From an uncultured Alphaproteobacteria bacterium (GTDB lineage Bacteria > Pseudomonadota > Alphaproteobacteria > Rhizobiales > Xanthobacteraceae): 64,000 nucleotides of DNA. Location of the stretch: positions 41,370 to 105,369 of the forward strand of contig CAVYPL010000014.1 of NCBI GenBank assembly GCA_963770355.1. The letters run 5' to 3'. The position numbers were made by a program, and so were the translations under genes. Shown one piece after another: positions 9,063 to 19,923 of this stretch; position 1 is the stretch's first letter, and every line of letters begins with the position of its first letter. A model generated the notes under the pieces. The model was not told where the DNA came from, did no database searches, and saw only the letters and a program-made list of their open reading frames with translations.

Positions 9063-10957
9063 GAGCGTTTACCCGTCTTGGCCGCTTTTTCGGCGTCGAA
9101 CCACCACAAGGTCGGGAATCCGGACACGCCGTATTTGGGCAACGGCTCGGGATGACTGAAGCGATCCCAGCGCGCATAGCGCTGGAATCCGTAGGTGAAT
9201 TGCGGGACGACGTAGAAGTTCCAGAGCAACACCCGGTCCATCGCCTTGCTGGCCGCGATCAGTTCGGCACGATCCTTGGCAAAGATGATGCGCTCGATCA
9301 GGGCATCGACAGCGGGATTCTTGATTCCGGGAATATTGCGGCTGCCGGGACGATCTGCCGATTTCGAACCGAAAAACTCGCGCTGCTCGTTGCCCGGCGA
9401 TAGCGACTGACCCCAGACGACGGTGGTCATGTCGAAGTCGAAACTGCGGAGACGGTTCTGATATTGGACATCGTCGACAGTGCGGATGCTGACGTCGATC
9501 CCGAGCCGCTCGAGCGAGGGCTTGTAGAACAGGGAAATGCGCTCCATTCCAGGATCGGGATTCAATATCTCGATCGCGACAGGCTTCCCCGCAGGATCCA
9601 CCAGCTTGCGTTCGCGGATCTCAAATCCGGCCTCTTTCAGAAGGCGGGTCGCCTCGCGCAAATTGTTACGGACCTGCTCAGGGTTGCCGCCCACCGGATT
9701 CTGATACGGCGTGGTGAAGACCTCGCGCGGGACCTGGTCGCGGACGGTTTCGAGAATCTCCAATTCCTTCCCTTCGGGAAGTCCGGTCGAGGCAAGTTCG
9801 GTCCCCTCGAAATAGCTGTTGTCGCGTGCATATTCTCCGGTCGAGAGCTGCCGGTTCATTTCCTCGAAATCGAAGGCGAAATTGAAGGCACGCCGCAGCC
9901 GCGCATCGTTGAAAAGCGGGCGGCGGAGATTGAACGCCCAGCCCTGCATCCGGCCCGAACTGCGGATCGGGAATTTTTCCTTGATCACGCGGTTTTCGCG
10001 CACAGCCGGAAAATCATAGGCGACAGACCATTCCTTGGCGCTACGCTCCGCAATCCAGTCGAGTTGATCGGCCTTGAAGGCTTCCCGCGCCACCGTGTCG
10101 TCGCGGAAGAATTCATATCTGATCTGGTCGAAATTGTTTTGTCCGATGTCTTTCGGCTGGTTCTTGCCCCAGTAGTCAGGCACGCGTTCGAGCACCAGCG
10201 ACCGTCCCGCGACGAACTCCTTGATGCGATAGGGGCCGGATCCCAACGGCGGCTCCAGCGTGGTCGCACTGATGTCGCGCTTCCGGCCCTGCGAGTCCGT
10301 CCCTTCCCACCAATGCTTGGGGAATACCGTCACCTCGCCCGCGATCAGCGGCAGCTCGCGATTGCCGGGGCCGTCGAAGGTGAACTTTACGTCGCGCTCG
10401 CCGATCTGCTCGCATTTGGTGATGTGGCTGTAATAGGCGCTGTACATCGGGCTGTTTTTCTTCAGCGCATCGAACGAGAAGATCACATCGGCCGGCGTCA
10501 CCGGTTTGCCGTCGTGCCATCGCGCCGCCGCTCGCAGCCGGTAGACTACGTACGAAAAATCGTCGGGATGAGCGCAAGCCTCCGCGAGCAGGCCATACGC
10601 CGTCGAGACTTCATCGAGCGATTGGGTGGTCAGCGCCTGATTAATCAGCGCAACGCCGCTCGCGATCGATCCCTTCAGACCGGCAATCACCTGATTGAAG
10701 TTGTCGAAAGTGCCGATTTCCAGTTGGCGTACCAAACCACCTTTGGGCGCATCCGGATTGACGTAATCGAAGCGCTTGAAACCCTCGGGGTATTTGATGT
10801 CGCCGAACAGCGACAGCGCGTGACGCCAGACCAGTCCATCCGGACCAGATTCTGCGTGAGCGGTTCCGATCGAGGGAACGCCTGCCGTCAATCCCAGCGC
10901 CGGGGCCATCGCGGCCGCAGCGCCACTTTGCAAAAGATGTCGTCGGGTGATCGCCAA
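9059..10957 (-). CDS. yejA: extracellular solute-binding protein family 5 (YejA-like), paralog 1
   Basis: ORF 9059..11071. Its first ~38 codons run through an intergenic repeat (EHDLEKWTPVFRK) and are probably not coding. A TTG at 10957 gives MAITRRHLLQSGAAAA, a Tat-type signal. The protein is colinear with the downstream paralog. Confidence 0.75.
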   Translation of the reverse strand: MAITRRHLLQSGAAAAMAPALGLTAGVPSIGTAHAESGPDGLVWRHALSLFGDIKYPEGFKRFDYVNPDAPKGGLVRQLEIGTFDNFNQVIAGLKGSIASGVALINQALTTQSLDEVSTAYGLLAEACAHPDDFSYVVYRLRAAARWHDGKPVTPADVIFSFDALKKNSPMYSAYYSHITKCEQIGERDVKFTFDGPGNRELPLIAGEVTVFPKHWWEGTDSQGRKRDISATTLEPPLGSGPYRIKEFVAGRSLVLERVPDYWGKNQPKDIGQNNFDQIRYEFFRDDTVAREAFKADQLDWIAERSAKEWSVAYDFPAVRENRVIKEKFPIRSSGRMQGWAFNLRRPLFNDARLRRAFNFAFDFEEMNRQLSTGEYARDNSYFEGTELASTGLPEGKELEILETVRDQVPREVFTTPYQNPVGGNPEQVRNNLREATRLLKEAGFEIRERKLVDPAGKPVAIEILNPDPGMERISLFYKPSLERLGIDVSIRTVDDVQYQNRLRSFDFDMTTVVWGQSLSPGNEQREFFGSKSADRPGSRNIPGIKNPAVDALIERIIFAKDRAELIAASKAMDRVLLWNFYVVPQFTYGFQRYARWDRFSHPEPLPKYGVSGFPTLWWFDAEKAAKTGKRS

Positions 10958-11004
10958 ATGAAGAATCCTGTTGCTCGCCGGTCCCGTTTTTATTGTTCGC
11001 GCAT

Positions 11005-11047
11005 AACCTTTTCGGAACACCGGTGTCCACTTTTCCAGATCATGCTC
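11005..11047. repeat. intergenic repeat with ACCGGTGTCCACTT core
   Basis: Sequence aaccttttcggaacaccggtgtccacttttccagatcatgctc. Related copies lie at 38128, 41018, 60221 and 61971. Confidence 0.6.
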
Positions 11048-11233
11048 CAGCCAGCACCCAATATAAGGCAACGGTTCGACAAATTACGTTGCTTTTTCCT
11101 CATGATAATAGCCCAGCGGCCATGACGGTGCGGCGAAACGTCCCGATAACAACACCGCGATCACCATATGCAAACGGCCAGGCAATGCCTGGCCGTCGTG
11201 TCACATGGCAACCCATGCGGGACTATCGAAATG

Positions 11234-11782
11234 TTACTTTGCCGCGGTCGGGATCGGAACCGGAGTGTCGGCCAGCGTGGCCAGATAGCGGATCACATCG
11301 GCGCGCTCGCTGTCCTTCTGAATGCCGGCGAAGCCCATTGCGGTGCCGGGGATGAAACCCTTCGGATTGGCGATGAACTTGTTGAGGTCGTCGAAGGTCC
11401 AGGTACCGCCCTTGCCCTTCATGGCTGCCGAGAAATTAAAGCCGCCGCGTCCCTCGCCACGATGGTCGTTGACGATGCCATAGAGATTTGGACCGACGCG
11501 GTTCGGACCACCCTTCTCGAAGGTGTGGCAGGCAGCGCACTTCTTGGCCGCAGCTGCGCCCTTCTCGACGGAGGCGGTCTGCAGCAACTTTTCGATCGGC
11601 TCGGACGGCGCGGCGGCTTCCGCGGGCCCGCCATGGGTCACTTCCTTCACGGCAATCTCAAAGCCCGGTTTTTCCGGCATCTTCGGCGTGAAAATAGCGC
11701 CGGCGGCAAAGCTCGACACCAGGACAAAAATGCAGGTGCCGAGAACGGCGCCGATGATCTTGTTGAGTTCGAAGGAGTCCAT
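11234..11782 (-). CDS. cycM: membrane-anchored c-type cytochrome (CycM-like)
   Basis: 182 aa with an N-terminal TM helix (IIGAVLGTCIFVLVSSFAAGAIF), the haem motif CAACH and a distal Met context (PGTAMGFAGI). Confidence 0.8.
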   Translation of the reverse strand: MDSFELNKIIGAVLGTCIFVLVSSFAAGAIFTPKMPEKPGFEIAVKEVTHGGPAEAAAPSEPIEKLLQTASVEKGAAAAKKCAACHTFEKGGPNRVGPNLYGIVNDHRGEGRGGFNFSAAMKGKGGTWTFDDLNKFIANPKGFIPGTAMGFAGIQKDSERADVIRYLATLADTPVPIPTAAK

Positions 11783-11991
11783 ATTGGCTCAGGCTCCAGG
11801 CCGGAAGGTCGACTTAAGGCCGGAGAGACGGCCGCGGAAAAGCGTCAGGAATCAGGCTTTCGCGCTGCACCCTCAGCAGCGTTCAGATATCGGTTTGCCC
11901 GCGCTCTGGCAACCCGTATAAACGCCCCGACTTTCCGCCAATCCCCATTATTTCCGGCCTGTTTTCGCAAGGCCCCCCTGACCTCGCTCCG

Positions 11992-12756
11992 ATGACCGAA
12001 ACCCGCACTTTGGTGCTGATTCCCGCCCGCATGGCAGCCACCCGGCTGCCCGGCAAGCCGCTATTGGACATCGCTGGCCTACCCATGATCGTCCATGTGC
12101 TGCGGCGGGCGGAAGCCGCCCAAATCGGCCGGGTTGCGGTAGCCACGGACACGCCGGAAATCGCGGCCGCCGTGAAGGCCTGCGGTGGCGAGGCGGTCAT
12201 GACCCGCCCCGAACATCCCTCCGGCTCGGACCGGATTTACGAGGCGCTGAAAACCCTCGATCCCGAGGGCAAGGTCGAGATCGTGGTCAATCTGCAGGGC
12301 GATTTTCCGACGATTTCACCGGAAAATATCCGCGCCGTGCTGCCGCCGCTTGCCGATCCCGCCGTCGATATCGCGACGCTGGCGGCCGAGATTCATACCG
12401 ACGAAGAAAGCTCCAATCCGAATGTCGTTAAGGCGGTCGGCTCCCCCATCGGCCCTCAGCGGTTGCGTGCGCTTTATTTCACGCGCGCCGCAGCGCCCTC
12501 CGGCGACGGCCCGCGCTACCATCATATCGGTCTCTATGCCTATCGCCGCGCCGCGCTGGAACGTTTCGTGACGCTGCCGCCCTCGCCGCTCGAACGGCAA
12601 GAAAAACTCGAGCAGCTCCGGGCGCTGGAAGCCGGCATGCGGATCGACGTGACGATCGTGGATACCGTCCCTCGCGGGGTGGATACCCCGGCCGATCTCG
12701 AAACAGCCCGCCGAGCACTGGCAAATAGCCGAGCGGCTGATACAAGGCGCCAATGA
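11992..12756 (+). CDS. kdsB: 3-deoxy-manno-octulosonate cytidylyltransferase
   Basis: 254 aa. Motifs include the N-terminal [18 protein letters not shown], plus NLQGDFP and HIGLYAYRR. Confidence 0.9.
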   Translation: MTETRTLVLIPARMAATRLPGKPLLDIAGLPMIVHVLRRAEAAQIGRVAVATDTPEIAAAVKACGGEAVMTRPEHPSGSDRIYEALKTLDPEGKVEIVVNLQGDFPTISPENIRAVLPPLADPAVDIATLAAEIHTDEESSNPNVVKAVGSPIGPQRLRALYFTRAAAPSGDGPRYHHIGLYAYRRAALERFVTLPPSPLERQEKLEQLRALEAGMRIDVTIVDTVPRGVDTPADLETARRALANSRAADTRRQ

Positions 12757-13601
12757 CCAAGAAGCTCAAAATTGCATTCCAGGGCGAGTTTGGCGCGAAC
12801 TCGCATATCGCGATCGTCGAGGCCTATCCGGACGCCGAGCCGCTGCCCTGCGCGACCTTTGAAGACGCGCTGGCCGCGATCTCCTCGGGCGAGGCCGATC
12901 TGGGGATGATCCCGATCGAAAATTCGGTGGCCGGCCGGGTTGCCGACATCCATCATCTGTTGCCGGCTTCCGGCCTGTTCATCGTCGGCGAGTGGTTTTT
13001 GCCGGTCCATCACCAGCTGATGGCGGTGCGCGGGGCCAAACTGGCCGATATCAAAACCGTCGAGAGCCATGTCCATGCGTTGGGCCAATGCCGCCGCATC
13101 ATCCGCAAGCTCGGCATCAAGCCGTTGGTCGCGGCCGACACCGCCGGCAGTGCCCGCGATATCTCCCAGCGCGGCGACAAAACCATCGCCGCCATCGCCT
13201 CCAGGCTGGCCGCCGATATCTACGGCCTCGATATCCTGGCCGAAGACGTCGAGGACGAAGCCCATAACACCACGAGATTCGTGGTGCTGGCGCGCGACGA
13301 GAACTGGGCCAACAAGGGATCGGGGCCGCTGGTCACCACTTTTGTTTTCCGGGTGCGCAACCTGCCCGCCGCGCTCTACAAGGCCCTCGGCGGCTTTGCC
13401 ACCAACGGCGTCAACATGACCAAGCTGGAAAGCTACATGGTGGACGGCGAATTCTCCGCGACCCAGTTCTATGCCGACGTCGACGGCCATCCCGATGACA
13501 AGGGCCTGGCGTTCGCGCTGGAGGAACTGAAATTCTTCTCGCGCGAGTTTCGCATCGTCGGCGTCTATCCCGGCCACCCCTTCCGCGCGACCTTCGGCTA
13601 G
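12753..13601 (+). CDS. pheA: prephenate dehydratase
   Basis: 282 aa with an ATGA overlap with kdsB. It carries PDT-domain motifs ([18 protein letters not shown]) and a C-terminal ACT-like region. Confidence 0.9.
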   Translation: MTKKLKIAFQGEFGANSHIAIVEAYPDAEPLPCATFEDALAAISSGEADLGMIPIENSVAGRVADIHHLLPASGLFIVGEWFLPVHHQLMAVRGAKLADIKTVESHVHALGQCRRIIRKLGIKPLVAADTAGSARDISQRGDKTIAAIASRLAADIYGLDILAEDVEDEAHNTTRFVVLARDENWANKGSGPLVTTFVFRVRNLPAALYKALGGFATNGVNMTKLESYMVDGEFSATQFYADVDGHPDDKGLAFALEELKFFSREFRIVGVYPGHPFRATFG

Positions 13602-13656
13602 ACGAAAGATTGATCCGGTTGGGTCGTCCCTGCGGGAAACAGGGACGACAAGCTTG

Positions 13657-14676
13657 CTACGCCGCCACTTTTTTCCCGAGCCCAAAAGCATCGGCCAGCA
13701 GGCTGTATGATTTCTTCCGCGCGTCGTGATCATAAACGGCGGTGATAATCATCAGTTCATCCGGCTGGCTTGCCGTGATCATCGGCTGCAGTTTTGCCAT
13801 CAGCGTCGCCGGGCTGCCGACGAACAGCCGCGAGCGATTGCGCGCGATCGAGGCGCGCTCGGCATCCGAATAGGGATAGGCCAGCGCTTCCTCGACGCTC
13901 GGCAACGGCAGATACTGCCCGCGGTCGCGGCGCAGGCGGTTGAGGTCCATCGAGGACGCCAGCTTTTCGGCTTCCGCATCGGTTTCGGCGGCAACGGCAG
14001 CGACGGCCAGGATGCCGTGCGGCGCGGCGCGCCAGGCCGACGGCCGGAAGCGGCTGCGGTAGTTGGTCATCGCGGCGACCGCGTCATAGGACGCAAAGTG
14101 ATGCGCGAACGCGAAGCCCATGCCGACTTGCGCTGCAAGCTCGGAACTATAATCGCTGGAGCCGAGCAGCCAGATCGGCGGCAGCGGCGAGTTGTCCGGC
14201 ATCGCCACCACATTGTTGTAGGGGTGCCCGGCCGGGAAATCGCGGGTCTCCCATAAGATCAGTTCCTGCAGCCGTTCGAGAAAATCGTCGCCCTCGCGGC
14301 GATCGAGCCGGCTGCGCAGCGCGTAAGCCGTGGCGCCATCGGTGCCCGGTGCGCGGCCGAGGCCGAGATCGATACGGCCGGGGAACAGCGCCTCCAGCAT
14401 CTTGAAGCGTTCGGCCACCACCAGCGGCGCATGGTTGGGCAGCATCACGCCGCCGGAGCCGACGCGGATGTTTTTGGTCACGGCGGCAATTTGCCCGATC
14501 ATCAGATCGGGCGCGGGACTAGCCACCGATGCGAGGTTGTGATGCTCGGCGAGCCAGTAGCGGACGAAGCCGAGCCCATCGACATGGCGCGCCAGGTCGA
14601 TGCTGTTGCGCAGCGCGGCGGCGGGTTTTGTGCCTGTGGTGACGACGGAAAGATCGAGGACTGAAAGCGGGATCAT
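13657..14676 (-). CDS. LLM-class flavin-dependent oxidoreductase (luciferase family)
   Basis: 339 aa. Motifs VRYWLAEHHN and GVMLPNHAPL are typical of the luciferase-like monooxygenase family. Confidence 0.85.
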   Translation of the reverse strand: MIPLSVLDLSVVTTGTKPAAALRNSIDLARHVDGLGFVRYWLAEHHNLASVASPAPDLMIGQIAAVTKNIRVGSGGVMLPNHAPLVVAERFKMLEALFPGRIDLGLGRAPGTDGATAYALRSRLDRREGDDFLERLQELILWETRDFPAGHPYNNVVAMPDNSPLPPIWLLGSSDYSSELAAQVGMGFAFAHHFASYDAVAAMTNYRSRFRPSAWRAAPHGILAVAAVAAETDAEAEKLASSMDLNRLRRDRGQYLPLPSVEEALAYPYSDAERASIARNRSRLFVGSPATLMAKLQPMITASQPDELMIITAVYDHDARKKSYSLLADAFGLGKKVAA

Positions 14677-14769
14677 GGCGCTAGACTAGTGCGGCAAATG
14701 GCGGCCACAAAGGCCCCGGTCGCGCAGATCTGGCCCGCACAGGCGGGTGTGGAGCATCCTTCTGGCGCC

Positions 14770-15010
14770 CGTAATGTTGGGATAGATTATAGTATATTTC
14801 CAATGATTTACTTCTGCCCACTTCCATCCGCAACAGATTCCGAAAGTCCAAATATACCATTACATATTGAAATAACTATATATTTCTGTCACGGACGGCC
14901 AACGCCTAACTCTTGCCCAACTAGAGATCTCCTAGCCATCTGTTTCACTATAATATCAATAATTGGGCAATTTCCCATCGCCGATGGGCTATTTGGGCGA
15001 CTTCATTTGG
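14770..15010. other. AT-rich non-coding island in the divergent LLM / metF intergenic region
   Basis: By eye, base composition shifts strongly to A/T relative to the GC-rich flanks. No credible ORF is present. A TATAAT hexamer lies at 14949..14954 and a hairpin cccatc-gcc-gatggg at 14974..14988. Confidence 0.6.
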
Positions 15011-15073
15011 CTTATTTTAGCTGTCGGCGGCTAGGCCTGATGCCTGCCCATTCCTGTGGAGCTTTGTGAGTCC

Positions 15074-15988
15074 ATGACCGAGGTTACGTCCCCCGCATCC
15101 GGCGGGCATCGCGTGCTCCATTCGCCAAAAATCTCCTTCGAGTTCTTTCCACCCAAGACGGAAGAAATGGAGCGCAGCCTCTGGGAGACCATCAACCGGC
15201 TTGCGCCGCTCACGCCCAATTTCGTCTCGGTGACCTATGGCGCCGGCGGGTCGACCCGCGAGCGTACCCATTCGACCATCGCCCGTATCCTCAAAGAGAC
15301 CAGCCTGACGCCCGCCGCGCATCTGACCTGCGTCGGCGCACCCAAGGGTGAGATCGACGACGTCGTGGCGCGCTATCACGACGTTGGCGTCCGCCATATC
15401 GTCGCGCTGCGCGGCGATCCCTCGAGCGGCATCGGCACGGCCTATCAGGCCCATCCCGATGGCTATCAGACCTCCTCGGATCTGATCGCGGGGATCAAGA
15501 AGCGCTTTCCCGACATCGAAATTTCCGTATCTGCCTATCCGGAGAAGCATCCCGAGAGCCCGGACTTCGACGCCGACATCGACACGCTGAAGGCCAAGGT
15601 CGATGCCGGGGCCGCCCGCGCCATCACGCAGGTCTTCTTCGATAACGATCTGTACTTCCGCTACCTCGACCGCGTCCGCGCGCGTGGCATCGATATTCCG
15701 ATCGTGCCCGGCATCATGCCGATGCACAATTTCAAGCAGGCGCGCAATTTCGTCACCCGCGCCGGCACTACGGTGCCATCCTGGCTCGCAGACAAATTCG
15801 AAGGCCTCGACGACGATGCCGAGACGCGCAAGCTGGTCGCCGCCACCGTCGCGGCCGGCCAGGTGCAAAAGCTCGCCAAGCACGGCGTCGACACCTTTCA
15901 TTTCTACACCATGAACCGCGCGGACCTCGTGTTCGCGATCAGCCATCTCTTGGGCATCCGTCCCAATGGCGCACAGAAAGCCGCTTGA
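15074..15988 (+). CDS. metF: 5,10-methylenetetrahydrofolate reductase
   Basis: ORF 15056..15988. The ATG at 15074 is preceded by GGAG. Motifs [20 protein letters not shown] and HFYTMN are present. Confidence 0.9.
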   Translation: MTEVTSPASGGHRVLHSPKISFEFFPPKTEEMERSLWETINRLAPLTPNFVSVTYGAGGSTRERTHSTIARILKETSLTPAAHLTCVGAPKGEIDDVVARYHDVGVRHIVALRGDPSSGIGTAYQAHPDGYQTSSDLIAGIKKRFPDIEISVSAYPEKHPESPDFDADIDTLKAKVDAGAARAITQVFFDNDLYFRYLDRVRARGIDIPIVPGIMPMHNFKQARNFVTRAGTTVPSWLADKFEGLDDDAETRKLVAATVAAGQVQKLAKHGVDTFHFYTMNRADLVFAISHLLGIRPNGAQKAA

Positions 15989-15992
15989 TCCG

Positions 15993-18900
15993 ATGACCGC
16001 ACAAGCGCCTTCCAAGCAAGTTTCTCCGAAGCGAACCGCCCTGCTGGCGGCAGCCCGCGAACGCATTCTGGTGCTCGACGGCGCCATGGGCACCATGATC
16101 CAGGGCCTGCAATATGACGAGGCTGCGTTTCGTGGCGCGCGTTTTGCGGATTTTCACCGCGACGTCCGTGGCAACAACGATCTGCTGATCCTGACCCAGC
16201 CGCAGGCGATCGAAGATATCCATGCCGATTATCTGCGCGCCGGCGCCGACATCGTCGCGACCAACACCTTCTCCTCGACCTCGATCGCGCAGGCCGACTA
16301 CGACATGTCGGACCTCGCCTATGAGCTCAATCGCGATGGCGCCAAACTCGCGCGCGCCGCTGCCGAGCGGGTAGCCGCTGAAGACGGCAAGCCGCGATTT
16401 GTTGCGGGCGCGCTGGGCCCGACCAACCGCACCGCGTCGATCTCGCCTGATGTATCCAATCCCGGCTATCGCGCCGTGACTTTCGACGATCTGCGCAAGG
16501 CTTACGGCGAACAGATCAACGGCCTGCTCGACGGTGGCGCCGATCTGCTGCTGGTCGAGACCATCTTCGACACTCTGAACGCCAAGGCTGCGCTCTACGC
16601 CATCTCCGAAATCGCTGGTGAACGCGGCATCGACGTGCCCGTGATGATCTCGGGCACCATCACCGACAAATCCGGCCGCCTGCTGTCGGGCCAATTGCCG
16701 GAAGCGTTCTGGAATTCGATGCGGCACGCCAAGCCGATCACCATCGGTTTCAACTGCGCGCTCGGCGCCGAGGATTTGCGGGCGCATATCGCAGATATCG
16801 GCCGTGTCGCCGATACGCTGGTCTGCGCCTATCCGAACGCCGGACTGCCTAATGAGTTTGGCCAGTACGACGAAAGCCCGGAATATATGGCGCGGCTGAT
16901 CGGCGAATTCGCGGAAGCCGGCCTCGTCAACATCGTCGGCGGCTGCTGCGGCACCACGCCGGACCATATCGCCGCGATTGCCGCCGCCGTCGCGCCGCAC
17001 AAGCCCCGCGCCATCCCCGTGATCGAGCCGCGCCTGCGGCTTTCGGGACTGGAGCCGTTCGAACTGACGCCCGCGATTCCCTTCGTCAATGTCGGCGAAC
17101 GCACCAACGTCACCGGCTCGGCGAAATTCCGCAAGCTGGTCACCGCGGGCGATTACACCGCCGCGTTGCAGGTGGCGCGCGACCAGGTCGAGAACGGCGC
17201 GCAGATCATCGACGTCAACATGGACGAGGGCTTGCTGGATTCGGAAGCCGCGATGGTGACGTTCCTCAATCTCGTCGCCGCCGAACCCGACATTGCCCGC
17301 GTCCCCGTGATGGTGGACTCCTCCAAATTCGCCGTTATCGAAGCCGGCCTGAAATGCGTTCAGGGCAAGCCGGTGGTGAATTCGATCTCGATGAAAGAGG
17401 GCGTGGAGAAATTCATCCACGAGGCCCGCATCGCGCAGCGCCATGGCGCGGCCGTCGTCGTGATGGCGTTCGACGAAGTCGGCCAGGCCGATACGTTTGC
17501 GCGCAAGACCGAAATCTGCAAACGCGCCTACGACATCCTGGTCGACCAGCTCGGCTTCCCGCCGGAAGACATCATCTTCGACCCGAATATCTTTGCGATC
17601 GCCACCGGCCTCGAAGAGCACAATAATTACGGCGTCGACTTCATCGAGGCGACGCGCTGGATCCGCCAGAACCTGCCGGGTGCACATGTGTCCGGCGGTG
17701 TCTCCAATCTCTCGTTCTCGTTCCGCGGCAATGAGCCGGTGCGCGAGGCCATGCATTCGGTGTTCCTGTATCACGCCATCAAGGCCGGCATGGACATGGG
17801 CATCGTCAACGCCGGCCAGATGATCGTCTATGACGACATCGATCCCGAACTGCGACAGGTCTGCGAGGACGTCATCCTCAACCGCGATCCGGGCGCGTCC
17901 GAGCGGCTGCTGGCGCTCGCGGAGAAATTCCGCGGCAAGGAGAAGCAGACCAAGGAACAGGATCTCGCCTGGCGCGAATGGCCGGTCGAGAAGAGACTGA
18001 GCCACGCACTGGTGCACGGCATCACGGAATTCATCGAGGCGGATACCGAGGCCGCGCGCCAGACGGTCGAGCGTCCGCTCAATGTGATCGAAGGCCCGTT
18101 GATGGCCGGCATGAACATCGTCGGCGACCTCTTCGGCGACGGCAAAATGTTCCTGCCGCAGGTGGTGAAATCCGCCCGCGTGATGAAGCAGGCGGTCGCC
18201 TATCTGATGCCGTTCATGGAAGAGGAAAAGGCGCGCAACCTCGCCAATGGCATCACCGGCGACGGCCGCAGTGCCGCAGGCAAGATCGTGCTCGCGACCG
18301 TGAAGGGCGACGTCCACGATATCGGCAAGAACATCGTCGGCATCGTGCTGCAATGTAACAACTATGAGGTCATCGACCTCGGCGTAATGGTGCCCGCCAC
18401 CAAAATCATCGAGACGGCGAAGGCCGAGGGCGCCGATATCATCGGGCTGTCCGGCCTGATCACGCCCTCGCTGGATGAAATGAGTTTCCTCGCCGGCGAA
18501 ATGGAACGGCAGGGCATGAAGATGCCGCTGTTGATCGGCGGCGCCACCACCAGCCGCGTCCATACCGCCGTGAAGATCGACCCGAACTACAAGGGTGGAC
18601 CGGTGGTGCATGTCAACGACGCCAGCCGTGCCGTCGGCGTGGCGTCGTCGCTGCTGTCGGCCGACCGGCGCGAGGCCTATGCCGCCGATATCCGCGCCGA
18701 ATACGCCAAGATTTCCGCCGCGCATTTCCGAGCACAGGCCGACAAGAAGCGGCTGAAGCTTGCGGTCGCGCGCGCCAATGCAATGACGATCGACTTCGCC
18801 AAGACGCCACCAAAGAAGCCGGCGTTCTTCGGCATCAGGAGTTTTGACGCCTACGACCTCGGTGAGCTCGCCGAATACATCGACTGGACGCCGTTCTTCC

Positions 18901-19868
18901 AGACCTGGGAGCTGACCGGGCGTTTTCCGGCCATCCTCGACGATCCCAAGATCGGCGAAGTCGCGCGCTCGCTTTACGATGATGCACGCAAGATGCTGGA
19001 CCTCATCGTCAAGGAGAAATGGTTCAAGGCCCGCGCCACCATCGGCTTCTGGCCGGCCAATGCGGTAGGAGACGATATCGCGGTTTATGCCGACGATACC
19101 CGAGCAAAGAAAATTGCGACCTTCCACACGCTGCGGCAACAGCTTGAGAAGCGCGAAGGCCGCTTCAACGCCGCGCTGTCGGATTTCATCGCGCCGGCAT
19201 CTTCCGGCGTACCCGATTATATCGGCGCCTTCGTCGTCACCGCGGGGATCGGCGAGGATGTCGTCGCCGACCGCTTCAAGAACGCCAATGACGATTATTC
19301 CTCGATCCTGTGCAAGGCGCTGGCCGATCGTTTGGCGGAAGCCTTTGCCGAACGGATGCATCAGCGCGTCCGCAAGGAATTCTGGGGCTACGCGCCGGAC
19401 GAGACGGCTTCGCCCGATCAGCTCATCCTCGAACAATATGCCGGCATCCGTCCCGCGCCCGGTTATCCCGCGCAGCCCGATCACACCGAGAAGGCGACGC
19501 TGTTTCGTTTGCTTGACGCCGAGAACACCGCGGGCGTGAAGCTGACCGAAAGCTACGCAATGTGGCCGGGCTCGTCGGTGTCGGGGCTCTATTTCAGCCA
19601 TGCCGACAGCTATTATTTCGGCGTCGGCAAGATCGAGCGCGACCAGGTCGAGGACTACGCCGCTCGCAAGGGCATGAGCGTCGCCGAGACCGAGCGCTGG
19701 CTAGCGCCGGTGTTGAATTATATTCCCTCGCAGGACCTGCCGGTGGTGAAAGAACCAGCGCCGGCGCCGATGGCCGCCGTCCCCGCCAACGACGTGACGT
19801 CGCATCCACCCGGGTGCAATTGCGCGGTGCATCTGGCCTGGCGCAAAAAGGCGGTCGGGGCTGGGTAG
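15993..19868 (+). CDS. metH: cobalamin-dependent methionine synthase
   Basis: About 1291 aa from the ATG at 15993, which is 5 nt after the metF stop. The domains present are Hcy-binding, pterin-binding, the B12-binding motif [10 protein letters not shown], and an AdoMet activation domain. It also has a ~48-aa C-terminal tail. Confidence 0.95.
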   Translation: MTAQAPSKQVSPKRTALLAAARERILVLDGAMGTMIQGLQYDEAAFRGARFADFHRDVRGNNDLLILTQPQAIEDIHADYLRAGADIVATNTFSSTSIAQADYDMSDLAYELNRDGAKLARAAAERVAAEDGKPRFVAGALGPTNRTASISPDVSNPGYRAVTFDDLRKAYGEQINGLLDGGADLLLVETIFDTLNAKAALYAISEIAGERGIDVPVMISGTITDKSGRLLSGQLPEAFWNSMRHAKPITIGFNCALGAEDLRAHIADIGRVADTLVCAYPNAGLPNEFGQYDESPEYMARLIGEFAEAGLVNIVGGCCGTTPDHIAAIAAAVAPHKPRAIPVIEPRLRLSGLEPFELTPAIPFVNVGERTNVTGSAKFRKLVTAGDYTAALQVARDQVENGAQIIDVNMDEGLLDSEAAMVTFLNLVAAEPDIARVPVMVDSSKFAVIEAGLKCVQGKPVVNSISMKEGVEKFIHEARIAQRHGAAVVVMAFDEVGQADTFARKTEICKRAYDILVDQLGFPPEDIIFDPNIFAIATGLEEHNNYGVDFIEATRWIRQNLPGAHVSGGVSNLSFSFRGNEPVREAMHSVFLYHAIKAGMDMGIVNAGQMIVYDDIDPELRQVCEDVILNRDPGASERLLALAEKFRGKEKQTKEQDLAWREWPVEKRLSHALVHGITEFIEADTEAARQTVERPLNVIEGPLMAGMNIVGDLFGDGKMFLPQVVKSARVMKQAVAYLMPFMEEEKARNLANGITGDGRSAAGKIVLATVKGDVHDIGKNIVGIVLQCNNYEVIDLGVMVPATKIIETAKAEGADIIGLSGLITPSLDEMSFLAGEMERQGMKMPLLIGGATTSRVHTAVKIDPNYKGGPVVHVNDASRAVGVASSLLSADRREAYAADIRAEYAKISAAHFRAQADKKRLKLAVARANAMTIDFAKTPPKKPAFFGIRSFDAYDLGELAEYIDWTPFFQTWELTGRFPAILDDPKIGEVARSLYDDARKMLDLIVKEKWFKARATIGFWPANAVGDDIAVYADDTRAKKIATFHTLRQQLEKREGRFNAALSDFIAPASSGVPDYIGAFVVTAGIGEDVVADRFKNANDDYSSILCKALADRLAEAFAERMHQRVRKEFWGYAPDETASPDQLILEQYAGIRPAPGYPAQPDHTEKATLFRLLDAENTAGVKLTESYAMWPGSSVSGLYFSHADSYYFGVGKIERDQVEDYAARKGMSVAETERWLAPVLNYIPSQDLPVVKEPAPAPMAAVPANDVTSHPPGCNCAVHLAWRKKAVGAG

Positions 19869-19874
19869 CTCTTC

Positions 19875-19905
19875 CTTCCCTTCTCCCCCTGTGGGAGAAG
19901 GGAAG
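19875..19905. repeat. 13-bp-stem hairpin (cttcccttctccc / gggagaagggaag), REP-like or terminator
   Basis: A perfect inverted repeat with a 5-nt loop. It starts 7 nt after the metH stop and ends 19 nt before the first maiA-like ATG. A related imperfect copy lies at about 24907..24935. Confidence 0.55.
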
Positions 19906-19923
19906 AAACGCAGAGGCCCTCCC

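Noticed and set aside
14681-14860. A 59-codon minus-strand ORF (MVYLDFRNLLRMEV...) ending 4 nt before the LLM oxidoreductase ATG.
   Set aside because: It starts in the AT-rich tract. Its second half is Pro/Arg/Ala-rich, like non-coding GC-rich DNA. It has no RBS and no recognisable family. Translational coupling to the LLM gene is conceivable but unsupported.
14960-15073. Calling the metF leader a SAM-II riboswitch on the basis of tttggctt...agct.
   Set aside because: The spacing and pairing do not convincingly reproduce the pseudoknot as I remember it. I cannot run a covariance model, so it is kept only as a hypothesis in the findings.
15939-19601. A 1220-aa ORF on the minus strand opposite metH.
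   Set aside because: It lies entirely antisense to a full-length, motif-rich metH. Its translation is Arg/Gly/Asp/Ala-rich with no recognisable domain, which is a typical high-GC shadow ORF.
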